A stretch of DNA of 64,000 nucleotides from an uncultured Bacillota bacterium (lineage in GTDB: Bacteria; Bacillota; Clostridia; Acetivibrionales; DTU013), in NCBI GenBank assembly GCA_942493145.1, contig OW818679.1, forward strand, positions 4,062,584 to 4,126,583. The letters are read 5' to 3'. Position 1 is the stretch's first letter; each line of letters begins with the position of its first letter. This document shows positions 30,282 through 39,273 of this stretch, piece by piece. The notes beneath the pieces were generated by a model. The model searched no databases and was not told the DNA's origin. It saw only the letters and a program-made list of their open reading frames with translations. The translations under genes were made by a program, and so were the position numbers.

Positions 30282-31547
30282 TCATTTAAAAATAAGAAGG
30301 GCGCCTGCAAGGGGTCTCTCCTGGCTTTTGAAGGAGGGCTTATTTACTATCTCACCGTCAACGATCATTTCGGTGGATGCACCTCCGTCCAGCATGGCCG
30401 CTTCTTTTACACCATTTTCAAGTAGATATTCCCCAAGCTCTCTTCCTGTCATGCCTTCACTATATCCAGGTTGTCTCCCGTCAACAGTAATAAGCAATAC
30501 AGTACCATCCTCCCTGATGCCGATGACCGTCCTTGGGTCATGGTTGGTGAGCACGCCCACCCAAATATCCTTATCCCCGATGACTATTTGTCCATCCCTG
30601 ACGATCCAGCTGCCGCACTCATATGCCTGGGTGCCGGTTTTTATGAAGTCCGGACTGTGGATGAGCGAGATACTGTCGCCGGCAATTACAGGCAGCCCCT
30701 CCCCGGAATACTGCATCGGAAGCGCGAAGGTCAAAAGCATGCCATCCACAGGGATGCTCGTTTCAGCGGGATATATCCCCACGTCCTCAACAATCCCGTT
30801 CCTTATGGTTACAGTCATATTTTGAGTTTCCATCCTGTTGGTTCTTCCGTATAATGGAGTGTAAACCGCAGTCAGCCCTTCCCCGACAGGCGTATTCATA
30901 CAGTCGGCATTGATGGTACCCAATCTGCCATCACTACCTTTATATCTGATTGTCAGTTCACTATTGAAATCGGTGATGTCAGCTATCCCGTCAGTAAGTG
31001 TAAATACAGGAAACTTGCCTGTTGACAGGGTGATCAGCTGCCCGTCAATTACCACCATTCCCGAAGGTAGCCCATAAAGTGTATAAAACCCGCCATTAAC
31101 AGCGGCATATGCGTTTTTTCTGGAAACCATCGAGCTCAGTATTTCAAACCCATATATAAGATCAGAGGATAATACCGGCACTATACGGACACCCGGTGCC
31201 GATACATCGATCTCAAGAAGGTTCACAACCTGCCTCAGCCCTTGCGATTCCGACGTCTTATTCAAATATTCTATCTTTTGGATATGCTTTACGGGACTGG
31301 ACTCAAGCCCCTTATCTGATTGGGAATCATCCTGCGCTCCCTCGTCCTCATTTCCATCCCCGGCTCCGGCAGTGCCCTCTACGGTCATTTCACCATTTAC
31401 CGCCGAAAGGCTTCCTTCAACAAAAAAAAGCCCTGCATACTTGTAGATGGAGAGCATCAATACCACCAGGACCATAATTGGAATGGCAATGGCAATTATT
31501 ATCCGTATACTGTTGTCATTTACAGATTTCATCGGCGATCGCCACAT
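30282..31547 (-). CDS. Phosphodiester glycosidase family protein (DUF2233-like), membrane anchored
   Basis: An N-terminal TM helix is followed by AVNGGFYTLYGLPSGMVVIDGQL and a C-terminal MLDGGAST, typical of this family. The start is uncertain (31547, 31532 or the tracked 31604). The tracked start overlaps the upstream gene. Confidence 0.65.
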   Translation of the reverse strand: MWRSPMKSVNDNSIRIIIAIAIPIMVLVVLMLSIYKYAGLFFVEGSLSAVNGEMTVEGTAGAGDGNEDEGAQDDSQSDKGLESSPVKHIQKIEYLNKTSESQGLRQVVNLLEIDVSAPGVRIVPVLSSDLIYGFEILSSMVSRKNAYAAVNGGFYTLYGLPSGMVVIDGQLITLSTGKFPVFTLTDGIADITDFNSELTIRYKGSDGRLGTINADCMNTPVGEGLTAVYTPLYGRTNRMETQNMTVTIRNGIVEDVGIYPAETSIPVDGMLLTFALPMQYSGEGLPVIAGDSISLIHSPDFIKTGTQAYECGSWIVRDGQIVIGDKDIWVGVLTNHDPRTVIGIREDGTVLLITVDGRQPGYSEGMTGRELGEYLLENGVKEAAMLDGGASTEMIVDGEIVNKPSFKSQERPLAGALLIFK

Positions 31548-31551
31548 GTGC

Positions 31552-32049
31552 TTATTCAGCCTCTGCAGCTCCTCCCTCCATACCGGCAGTACCTGTTGTA
31601 CCACCCACTCCTTCTGCTTTTTCTGTTCCGTCAGCTTCTGAGGAACCTGCAGCTTCCTTTACTTCCCTGGTTTCATAAGAAGTAGGAAATTGTCTGCTCA
31701 GCTGTTTATATAACGCATCGGCAAGGCCAAGTGTCCCGGTCTGAGACGCTTCGTCCACCAACTCTTCATCCAGCATGCTCTGAAACAACTCCGTCCCCGC
31801 ATCCTCTTCAACAAGGTCGGATTTAATGATAGTCGCCTTCATCGACTTGTACATCATATTCAGCATTATTCCCTCAAACTGCTTGCAGGCTTCCTTCAGC
31901 TCCTTCTCATCCCGGTTGTCCACCGCTTGCTGGAGAAGTTTTTCAAAGCTGTTGTCCGATACCTGTTGCGCCGCGGCCTGAGATGATGCTGCAGAAGCAA
32001 TGCCGTTATATGAATCGCTCGAATTACCGCTTATACCATCAATCGCCAC
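31552..32049 (-). CDS. Flagellar rod-binding protein (FlgJ N-terminal-domain-like)
   Basis: FEGIMLNMMYKSMKATI...LFQSMLDEELVDEASQTGTLGLADALYKQL is a Rod_binding-type motif. GTG start 7 nt after GGAGG. Confidence 0.7.
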   Translation of the reverse strand: MAIDGISGNSSDSYNGIASAASSQAAAQQVSDNSFEKLLQQAVDNRDEKELKEACKQFEGIMLNMMYKSMKATIIKSDLVEEDAGTELFQSMLDEELVDEASQTGTLGLADALYKQLSRQFPTSYETREVKEAAGSSEADGTEKAEGVGGTTGTAGMEGGAAEAE

Positions 32050-32069
32050 AATTTTACCTCCTTCAGATA

Positions 32070-32870
32070 CTACCGTTTCAAGGCGTTTGCTATACCAAGC
32101 ATCTCATCAGACGACTGGATGGCTTTTGAGTTCAGTTCATAAGCTCTTTGAGCAATTATGAGCTTCACCATTTCCTCGACGGTTTTTACATTTGACGCTT
32201 CAAGATACCCCTGGTTGATAAGGCTGCGAGTTCCGGTTTCAGAATCAAGGACTGCCTCTCCTGTCGCATCATTGCTTGAATACAGGTTCCTGCCCATACT
32301 TTCGAGAGCTGCCCTGTTCTGAAATTTAACCAGCCCGATGGATTGGCCCAGAGCTACTGTTGTCCCCGTCTCGTCCATATATCCCAGTTCACCCAGTTGG
32401 GTTACCGTAAGATCTGATATATCCACATTGAATATTATGGGATTCCCGGTTTCGTCGAGCACTTGATATCCATCAGACGTTGTCAGCTGCCAGCCATCTT
32501 CGGTAACACTTGCCTTGAAACTGCCGTCCCTTGTATATTCAATTTCCCCGGTGGGGCCCAGAACCATGAAGAAAGCATCCCCGTCTATGGAAAAATCGAG
32601 TGTGCTCCCTGTTTCCATGGGATTTCCGGTTTCAAAATCCTTCACCGTCGCAACTGCCATTGTGCCGTGACCTACCTGCAGGTTTACCGGCTTTCCGCTC
32701 TGCTCCATCACATAGGCCCTCGACATCGTTTCATAAAGAAGATCCTTGAACTCAGCCCGTTCCTTCTTGAATGCCGTAGTATTTACATTTGACAGATTAT
32801 TTGAAATAACGTCTACGTTAAATTGTTGGGCTTCCATTCCCGAAGCCGCCGTCCATAATGCCCTCATCAT
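32070..32870 (-). CDS. flgG: Flagellar basal-body rod protein FlgG
   Basis: MMRALWTAASGMEAQQFNVDVISNNLSNVNTTAFKK is the conserved N-terminus, and GYLEASNVKTVEEMVKLIIAQRAYELNSKAIQ is the conserved C-terminus. Confidence 0.9.
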   Translation of the reverse strand: MMRALWTAASGMEAQQFNVDVISNNLSNVNTTAFKKERAEFKDLLYETMSRAYVMEQSGKPVNLQVGHGTMAVATVKDFETGNPMETGSTLDFSIDGDAFFMVLGPTGEIEYTRDGSFKASVTEDGWQLTTSDGYQVLDETGNPIIFNVDISDLTVTQLGELGYMDETGTTVALGQSIGLVKFQNRAALESMGRNLYSSNDATGEAVLDSETGTRSLINQGYLEASNVKTVEEMVKLIIAQRAYELNSKAIQSSDEMLGIANALKR

Positions 32871-32898
32871 AATTCAAGTTCCCCCTGTCCGCCTTTTA

Positions 32899-33675
32899 TT
32901 ACAATCTGCCAACTTCGTTGACTGCTTTGTCCAGTGTTGTATCTATGGATGTTATTATTTTCTGGTTTGCTTCATAAGAACGTGTCACTGTTATCATATT
33001 CACCATTTCTTTGACTATGGTTACATTGGATTGTTCAAGATGTCCCTGCCGGACTACCCCGCTAAATTCCTGTTCCGTCGTATCGTCGGTGGATTCAAGC
33101 ATGTTCGAACCGAACTTGCGAAGGGTTTCCGTATTGTCAAACTGCTTTATGAGGAGTCTGTCCAAGATTTCACCATTCTGTATGACCGATCCATCCTCAT
33201 CTATGGCAAAATCACCACTTCCAATAACTACCGGGCCATCCTGACCAGCGACCGCATATCCGTCCTTTGTCCTGAGTACATTATCCTTGTCAACCACAAA
33301 CGAGCCGTCTCTGGTGAAATACTCCATGCTGTTCCCTTCTTCATCCGTCCCCGTTACAGTAAAAAAAGCCGAATTGGCACCGGTTATTGCCAGATCGGTA
33401 TTGTTGTTGGTATTCACAAGCTGTCCCTGGTTGAAATATGTATAGATCTCCCCCACATCGCTTCCAAGCTGAAGGGTTCCCACATTACCCGATGGGTTCA
33501 GGTTGCTTTTTGTATCATATATCCTTTTATAAAGTGCATCGGGAAAACTTTCATACACTACGGTATCCTTTTTAAAACCCGTAGTGCTGACATTAGCCAT
33601 ATTATTCGAGATGACGTCCATCTTTTTTTCCAGTGCAAGCATGCCCCAGCCGGAGGTATATAGACCTCGTATCAT
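32899..33675 (-). CDS. flgF: Flagellar basal-body rod protein (FlgF / FlhO-like)
   Basis: MIRGLYTSGWGMLALEKKMDVISNNMANVSTTGFKK is the N-terminus, and GHLEQSNVTIVKEMVNMITVTRSYEANQK is the C-terminus. Confidence 0.85.
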   Translation of the reverse strand: MIRGLYTSGWGMLALEKKMDVISNNMANVSTTGFKKDTVVYESFPDALYKRIYDTKSNLNPSGNVGTLQLGSDVGEIYTYFNQGQLVNTNNNTDLAITGANSAFFTVTGTDEEGNSMEYFTRDGSFVVDKDNVLRTKDGYAVAGQDGPVVIGSGDFAIDEDGSVIQNGEILDRLLIKQFDNTETLRKFGSNMLESTDDTTEQEFSGVVRQGHLEQSNVTIVKEMVNMITVTRSYEANQKIITSIDTTLDKAVNEVGRL

Positions 33676-33856
33676 ACTTAGTCCTTTCCAAAGCCCGTAT
33701 ATGGTTTTTTATTCTGCATCCTTGCCTGATTTGTTCGGATTGTATTTGATATGATCGTCCATGACCATTGGAACGTTATGCCGTCCACAATGTATATATC
33801 GGAGGGGAGGGACAAATACTTAACATGGTTTATATTAACAAAGTTGAAAAGGAACG

Positions 33857-33918
33857 TTAACAAATGGACGGGGAGAGTGTCAACCTTTTGGTTGACACTC
33901 TCCCCGTCCATTTGTTAA
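33857..33918. repeat. Perfect 29-bp inverted repeat with a 4-nt loop (62 nt) between mbl and flgF
   Basis: The sequence is ttaacaaatggacggggagagtgtcaacc tttt ggttgacactctccccgtccatttgttaa. It produces the mirrored MDGESVN... shadow ORFs on both strands in the ORF track. Confidence 0.95.
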
Positions 33919-33932
33919 TATTTGTAAATATG

Positions 33933-34973
33933 TTATCTCTTATTGTTTCTGTTTTCTGCTGCTGCACTCTGTTCGATGAACTCTATATTATTCAGGGCTT
34001 CACCGGTGCCCAGTGCGACACAGGATATTGCATCATCGGCTATGATTACATTTATGCCGGTCTTCTCCTGCAACAGCTTGTCCAGTCCGTAAATGAGACA
34101 TCCACCACCGGTCAGGACCATGCCTCTGTCGCTGATGTCCGCCGCAAGTTCAGGGGGCGTCCTCTCCAGTACGGCATGTACCGCTTCGATAACGCTGGAT
34201 ATGGGTTCTTCGAGGGCATCCATAATCTCAGTCGAAGTGACGTTAATTGTCTTGGGAAGGCCGGATATGAGATTTCTTCCCCTTACATCCATCGAAACCT
34301 CCTGGACCCTTGGATATACTGTTCCGACATTTATCTTCAATTCCTCGGCGGTTCTTTCGCCTATCATTATGTTATGCTTTTTGCGCATATACCTTACTAT
34401 TGCTTCGTCAAACTTATCACCGGCCACCTTTAAGGAAGATGATACAACAGTGCCTCCCAGGGATATGACTGCTATATCCGTGGTGCCTCCGCCAATATCA
34501 ACGACCATGCTTCCGCAAGCCTTTGAAATGTCTATACCTGCTCCTATTGCTGCAGCAATTGGTTCTTCAATAAGGTATGTCTTCCTTGCGCCTGCCTGCA
34601 TGGCCGCATCAACTACCGCACGCCTTTCGACCTCGGTTACGCCGCTGGGCACACACACCATTATCCTTGGCCTGAAAAGCCTGAACATTTTGTTCCCGCA
34701 TACCTTGTTTATAAAATACTTCAGCATCCTCTCGGTAATGTCATAGTCTGAAATGACACCTTCCCTGAGAGGTCTTATAGCAACAATGTTTCCGGGGGTT
34801 CTGCCAAGCATTCTGCGGGCTTCTTCCCCGACTGCAAGCAACTTGTTCGTATTCTTATCTATAGCTACAACCGACGGTTCTCTGAGCACTATACCCTTTC
34901 CTTTGATATAAACCAGAACACTGGCGGTTCCAAGATCGATTCCTATATCCTGTCCAAAGCCCAAAAATCCCAC
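33933..34973 (-). CDS. mbl: Rod-shape-determining actin homolog MreB/Mbl
   Basis: DIGIDLGTASVLVY, VVDIGGGTTDIAVISLGG and GMVLTGGG are present. Its position between spoIIID and the flgF/flgG-like pair matches B. subtilis spoIIID-mbl-flhO-flhP. Confidence 0.9.
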   Translation of the reverse strand: MGFLGFGQDIGIDLGTASVLVYIKGKGIVLREPSVVAIDKNTNKLLAVGEEARRMLGRTPGNIVAIRPLREGVISDYDITERMLKYFINKVCGNKMFRLFRPRIMVCVPSGVTEVERRAVVDAAMQAGARKTYLIEEPIAAAIGAGIDISKACGSMVVDIGGGTTDIAVISLGGTVVSSSLKVAGDKFDEAIVRYMRKKHNIMIGERTAEELKINVGTVYPRVQEVSMDVRGRNLISGLPKTINVTSTEIMDALEEPISSVIEAVHAVLERTPPELAADISDRGMVLTGGGCLIYGLDKLLQEKTGINVIIADDAISCVALGTGEALNNIEFIEQSAAAENRNNKR

Positions 34974-35222
34974 TCCCTTTTTTATAAGTATAGTGTCGGC
35001 AAACGCCTTTTAAATATCCTTCTGATGGAAAACGCAAATTTACGCAAAATAACAATACGTTCTACAAAAAACAAGAAATGGTTATGCAACTTTATAAATA
35101 ATATTATCATACCATGAGAATATTGCAACATAAAAATCAATGCCTTGACAACAGCTGGCTACACTGCTTCAAGTACTTCAACTATAGGTGAATCCTTTGA
35201 GAAAGCTTCTGCATAAAAACTC

Positions 35223-35268
35223 AGCCGGCTGGATGATCTGTCTCATACAGCAGACCATCCAGCCGGCT
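35223..35268 (-). terminator. Terminator after the spoIIID 3' segment (bidirectional-looking)
   Basis: An 18-bp stem (agccggctggatgatctg / cagaccatccagccggct, one mismatch) has T-rich flanks on both strands. Confidence 0.6.
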
Positions 35269-35300
35269 TTTAAACTTCAAATATTTTATCAGGATCTTTA

Positions 35301-35469
35301 TCAGCCTGCCTTCGTAGTGCCTCCCTGGTATTTTGCCCTGGTTGCCTCTCCGCCTCTGATATGCCTCTCCGCCTTGTTCTCTTCAAGAACCATCCTTACA
35401 TGGACAGCAAGCTCAGGTTTAGCCCTGTTTAACCTTTCAGTAACATCTTTGTGGACGGTTGATACAAAT
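35301..35469 (-). CDS. spoIIID: spoIIID 3' segment (C-terminal 49 codons plus stop) of a split gene
   Basis: Not in the ORF track. The minus strand reads (ST)VH KDVTERLNRAKPELAVHVRMVLEENKAERHIRGGEATRAKYQGGTTKAG*. This matches the conserved second half of SpoIIID (HKD.TERL...RH.RGGEAT). It has no start codon of its own. Confidence 0.85.
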
Positions 35470-35506
35470 TGTAATTTAATTGTTGTCTCAACTATTAAAT
35501 TTTCTA

Positions 35507-37033
35507 TTATATTTTCTTTAGTTGGACAGTTACCTCTCCTTCAGGGTTGACTGTTATCTTCTCAATAATTTGTTTCAGCCCTGCATTATTAAGTGTATTA
35601 TCATCCATGATGTTTTCAATGGAATAAAGCAGCTGATCTATTCGTGCTTTTACAATGTCAGGTTTTGAAACATCGTCACCGATTAAATCCAGGTTTTTCT
35701 CATGAGCATTGATCTCTTTGTCAATGGGCTCAAGCTTTAATTGAAGTTCTGACTTTGAAATGATTCCGTCTGTGAATAAATCGAGGGTTTTTTCTCGCTT
35801 CTTTTTAAGCCGGGTTATCCTTTTATTAATGTCTTTAGCATTTAAAGCCCCTGTTTGCAGATCCTTTTCCGCATAAATTCTTTTGAATTCCTTTTGTGTC
35901 CTGTCAAAAAACGCTTTTTTATCTGAAATGACAGATGTGAAATACCCCCTGATTGATCCAAGAAGTTCCTGTTCGTCAAGTACTGTATTGTTTGAGCAGC
36001 TGCTTTTGCCGTGAACGTTTCTTCCGGAGCAGATCCATCTGTAATATGTGTTTGCGTAGGTTGCCGTATACCTGCGAAAGCTGTAACCGCATTCAGCACA
36101 TTTTATAATCGTTGAGAAAAGATGCCTGTTGCTTTGCCTCGTTCTGTTCACTTTGAAATCTGTATGCCGTTGCTTCAATATCGTCTGTGCCTTTTCGAAG
36201 GTCCCCCGGTCAATTATCGCAAGGTCCGGATATTCGTGTACTATCCATTCCTCCCTGTCCCTGTTCTTTCTTTTAGAGGTAAGATAGTCGGTTATCTCCT
36301 GCTTTCTGTTGATGACCTTTCCTGTGTACAATTCATTCGCAAGTGTCCTGCATATGGCCGCCTGTGTCCATTGACTATTGCGCTTGGTCCTGAAACCCCT
36401 TTCATTAAGTTCATTTGCTATCCTGAGCGCCCCGAGATCCTGGGTAGTATAAAGTGAGAATATGAGTCTTATTACGTCTGCTTCGATTTCATTAATTTGA
36501 AGTATCGCTTTTTTTCTATTCGTCTCAGTTTTTATCCGAATTGAATCATAACCGAATACACATGTAGGAATGGATCCTTCCTGTCTGCTTCGCTGTTCTT
36601 TACCCCATTTTGTACGTTTTGAGATGTTGCTGCTTTCTTCCTGTGCAAGAAGTGAGAATATTCCCAGTGTCAGTTCGCCCTGCCCGATTACGTTCAGGTT
36701 GTTGGTCAAAAATATGGTGTCAATGCCCAGATCCCTCAGTTCCCGGATATATTGCAGAAAATGCAATGTGTTACGTGAGAACCTGTCCAATCCTTTTGTA
36801 ATTACAATTTCAAACAGCCCTTTGCGTGCATCCTCCATCATTTTAAGGAAGGCTGCCCGGTTCCTGAGCTTAAGACCACTCAGGCCTTCATCAGTGTATA
36901 TGTTGACAAGCTCAAAATTATTGATTTTAGCATAGTCTTCAAAGAAAGTACGCTGATTCTCAAGTGAATTCATTTGTTCATCCTTTGTTGTTGATACCCT
37001 CGTATATGCAGCTATTCGCCTTTTTCCCGTCAT
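35507..37033 (-). CDS. Large serine recombinase (resolvase catalytic domain, recombinase domain, zinc ribbon, coiled coil)
   Basis: From ATG 37033 (AGGAAGGG upstream) the protein begins MTGKRRIAAYTRVSTTKDEQ, which contains the catalytic Ser. DRFSRN, LLAQEESSNISKRTKWG and CAECGYSF...WICSGR...SSC (the Zn ribbon) follow, then a C-terminal coiled coil. The ORF is intact. Confidence 0.9.
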   Translation of the reverse strand: MTGKRRIAAYTRVSTTKDEQMNSLENQRTFFEDYAKINNFELVNIYTDEGLSGLKLRNRAAFLKMMEDARKGLFEIVITKGLDRFSRNTLHFLQYIRELRDLGIDTIFLTNNLNVIGQGELTLGIFSLLAQEESSNISKRTKWGKEQRSRQEGSIPTCVFGYDSIRIKTETNRKKAILQINEIEADVIRLIFSLYTTQDLGALRIANELNERGFRTKRNSQWTQAAICRTLANELYTGKVINRKQEITDYLTSKRKNRDREEWIVHEYPDLAIIDRGTFEKAQTILKQRHTDFKVNRTRQSNRHLFSTIIKCAECGYSFRRYTATYANTYYRWICSGRNVHGKSSCSNNTVLDEQELLGSIRGYFTSVISDKKAFFDRTQKEFKRIYAEKDLQTGALNAKDINKRITRLKKKREKTLDLFTDGIISKSELQLKLEPIDKEINAHEKNLDLIGDDVSKPDIVKARIDQLLYSIENIMDDNTLNNAGLKQIIEKITVNPEGEVTVQLKKI

Positions 37034-37265
37034 TTGTCCCTTCCTGCCTTTCAGTTGCAGCGTTATCTTCTTTTGAAGCTGAAACCTTATCTGCTTTTGA
37101 AGCCGAAACCTTATCTTCTTTTGAAAACGCAATATCACCCTCCGACGAGGCTGTACAGGTATTGAATAAATATATGCTTTTTGCAAGCATGGCAGCCAAT
37201 GCAGCCGGGAGTGTGTCAGGATCTGTGTTTGGATTGATGAATCGGATATTCAAAGGTTTTCTCAT
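36978..37265 (-). CDS. Possible small ORF (95 aa, MRKPLNIRFINPNTDPDTLPAALAAMLAK...) overlapping the recombinase start in another frame
   Basis: ATG 37265 lies 8 nt after GAGG. The ORF contains an 8-aa tandem repeat, (K/E)DKVSASK, encoded by the 24-bp repeats. I recognise no family, so it may not be translated. Confidence 0.3.
   Translation of the reverse strand: MRKPLNIRFINPNTDPDTLPAALAAMLAKSIYLFNTCTASSEGDIAFSKEDKVSASKADKVSASKEDNAATERQEGTNDGKKANSCIYEGINNKG
37063..37130. repeat. Tandem 24-bp repeats (2.8 copies) immediately upstream of the recombinase start codon
   Basis: The copies read ttatcttcttttgaagctgaaacc / ttatctgcttttgaagccgaaacc / ttatcttcttttgaaaacgc. Confidence 0.9.
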
Positions 37266-37284
37266 AGCTTGTACCTCACGATAC

Positions 37285-37295
37285 ATTATATTCAG
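37285..37295 (-). promoter_or_regulatory. Candidate -10-like block CTGAATATAAT upstream of the recombinase unit; the identical 11-mer sits upstream of spoIID (46784-46794)
   Basis: Both copies lie 20-40 nt upstream of a start codon on the minus strand. AATATAAT resembles the sigma-E -10 (cATAcanT) and also the sigma-A TATAAT. No convincing -35 was found. Confidence 0.25.
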
Positions 37296-37344
37296 ACAAG
37301 GCCGTGGACATTACCCTTGTTAACGATGTGCAGCTTTGAAGGGC

Positions 37345-37385
37345 AAATTAAAAGACCACCAGCGGAAAGAGCTCCAATGGTGGCC
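37345..37385 (-). terminator. Terminator after the 583-aa cargo gene, separating it from the recombinase unit
   Basis: On the minus strand, GGCCACCA...TGGTGGTC (one G-U pair) is followed by TTTTAATTT. Confidence 0.5.
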
Positions 37386-37430
37386 TGATACCTTGTTGCC
37401 GGGCCCAGCCAGGCGTAGTTGTCAGCAGAC

Positions 37431-39182
37431 TTATTTGTCAACTGGCTGGATATACGTATTGTCAAATATATTTCCCGTTATATCGATATCATCAATCAAC
37501 CAGGTTTGAACATTTTCACCTTTCACCGCTGTTATCAGCATCCAGTAAGCTGTTCCGAGCCTGGCACCGGATATGCTTTTGGTGGATTTAGCAAGGGGCA
37601 GGACATAGTCCCTCATGTAGGTATTTATAGCTGATTTCGTCATCACCAAAGGAAATGTTTCTATATACCCAACATCATCATAGTAGCTGTACGTGTTTTC
37701 ATAAATATCTGTAAAGTACATGGACTCCAATTCCGGCGAAAGCCTGATGGTCACATGATCAGGGTCCCCAAGTGTTGTTACGTCGATTTTCACAGCTTCA
37801 TATGAAAGGAAGCGATGAGGTTCAACAGACATTACCCTGCCGAAGATATCCTTCTGTCCCCTCCAGTGATTCCAGTACCCGGTCAGGCTGACACCTGTTA
37901 TCTTTAATGATGTCCTTGTAAATGTGCCCCTATACCGGGTATATGAGTTTCCTGCAACGTCGGTGGCTTTCATAAAAAGATAGTATGTGCCGTCGGTTGT
38001 TAATGTTGCTGTATACGAAAATGAATCCACTCCACCGGCACTTATAGCAGTCCATCCCGAAACCGGTACAGCCGTTGAATCAGACCAGGCATGTTCTATT
38101 GAAGCCAGACCACTGCCACCAGTATCTGTTGCAGTAATTATTGCCTCAAGATCATCTGCAGCGACTGATACCGAAGCAGGAGAACAATCAATTTCCGGCG
38201 CAACCCTGTCGATGCTGAAAGGACCGCGAACCCTGGAGAACTCGCCTCCTGCGGCATCACAAGCCATCATGTGCAGGTACCAGATGCCCGTTGTAGCAGC
38301 TGTTGCCGTTGTGCTCAGCTCCGCCACACTTGTAGCAGTTACTGTTGTCCATATTGACGGTGTTTCCGTCGAATCGCTCCAGGCATATTTGATATGGGAT
38401 AAATCAGGTGTAGTATCTACAGCTGTAATCAGGGCAGGTACATTTTCATTTGTCCAATCCTTTTTTACAGGCGTACAATCTATATCCGGCACCAGATTGA
38501 CAAGGTCGGTGGAAAGAGTCAATACGTGGGGCAGGCTTGATGCGCCTTCCATATCAGTCACTACAAGGGACACAAGGTAGGTCTCCCCTTCAGCCCATGT
38601 CGATGGCAAGTCTGTGCAGCTTGTCCAGCTATCGTCATCAACATCCTTCCATTTCCACTCCCAGGAAACAATTCCCCTGTCTGCAAGCGAAATATGGTCA
38701 GGGTCATATGAGTTGTCCGACAATGATGAAATATAGTTCCCCGATGTGTTCAACCCTGTAAAGCCCATATTGAATGCTGCAACCGGCCTTCGATGGGCGA
38801 ATACCGTCATTCCGACCCGGTCTTTACTCCAAAGCTTGTATTCATCAAAGCCTGCATCGCTTTTCGGGTTGTCCTGCACCATGTAGGTTATCTCATATTT
38901 CCCTGTCTGTGTGAAGGTAGTCACCGGTGATGCCCGGCAAATTCCGGAGAAGCTTGCTGTTCCGGTATTGTTTTCAAAATATGAAGGAACATGATCAAAC
39001 CTCCACTTTGAATCATACATTGGATCACCTTCATAGTCGCTATAGTATGTTTTGTATTCAAGAGCATCTTCATCAACTATGGCAAAGGCTTCAACGACAG
39101 TGTCTTTGGGGGTCGCATATTTCGTCCTTAGATCATTTGCAGCTGCAGCATATTGACCGGAATCATACAGTATACCCGCCAC
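37431..39182 (-). CDS. Cargo protein with a PKD-like domain and two ~95-aa Ig-like (OmpL47-type-like) repeats
   Basis: Three things support the call:
- A PKD-like segment: SYDPDHISLADRGIVSWEWKW and GETYLVSLVVTDMEGASS.
- Duplicated modules: IDC.P...AWSDST..P..WT......GTYYLFMKATDVAGN.
- A GTG start with no signal peptide, so the N-terminus may be missing. Confidence 0.65.
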   Translation of the reverse strand: MAGILYDSGQYAAAANDLRTKYATPKDTVVEAFAIVDEDALEYKTYYSDYEGDPMYDSKWRFDHVPSYFENNTGTASFSGICRASPVTTFTQTGKYEITYMVQDNPKSDAGFDEYKLWSKDRVGMTVFAHRRPVAAFNMGFTGLNTSGNYISSLSDNSYDPDHISLADRGIVSWEWKWKDVDDDSWTSCTDLPSTWAEGETYLVSLVVTDMEGASSLPHVLTLSTDLVNLVPDIDCTPVKKDWTNENVPALITAVDTTPDLSHIKYAWSDSTETPSIWTTVTATSVAELSTTATAATTGIWYLHMMACDAAGGEFSRVRGPFSIDRVAPEIDCSPASVSVAADDLEAIITATDTGGSGLASIEHAWSDSTAVPVSGWTAISAGGVDSFSYTATLTTDGTYYLFMKATDVAGNSYTRYRGTFTRTSLKITGVSLTGYWNHWRGQKDIFGRVMSVEPHRFLSYEAVKIDVTTLGDPDHVTIRLSPELESMYFTDIYENTYSYYDDVGYIETFPLVMTKSAINTYMRDYVLPLAKSTKSISGARLGTAYWMLITAVKGENVQTWLIDDIDITGNIFDNTYIQPVDK

Positions 39183-39273
39183 CAGGGAACTGTTAACAAA
39201 GCTTCGTTTGTCATCTCTGTGGTAATGCCTGAATCAAAATCTTTCGAAGTGGGCAAACAGCTATAATTTAGAG

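Noticed and set aside
37020-37045. Programmed frameshift fusing the upstream 95-codon ORF to the recombinase at GGGAAAAAG
   Set aside because: The recombinase frame is +1 relative to the small ORF, whereas the A-rich slippery run would favour a -1 shift. The recombinase also has its own RBS and ATG, and a normal N-terminus 10 residues before the catalytic Ser.
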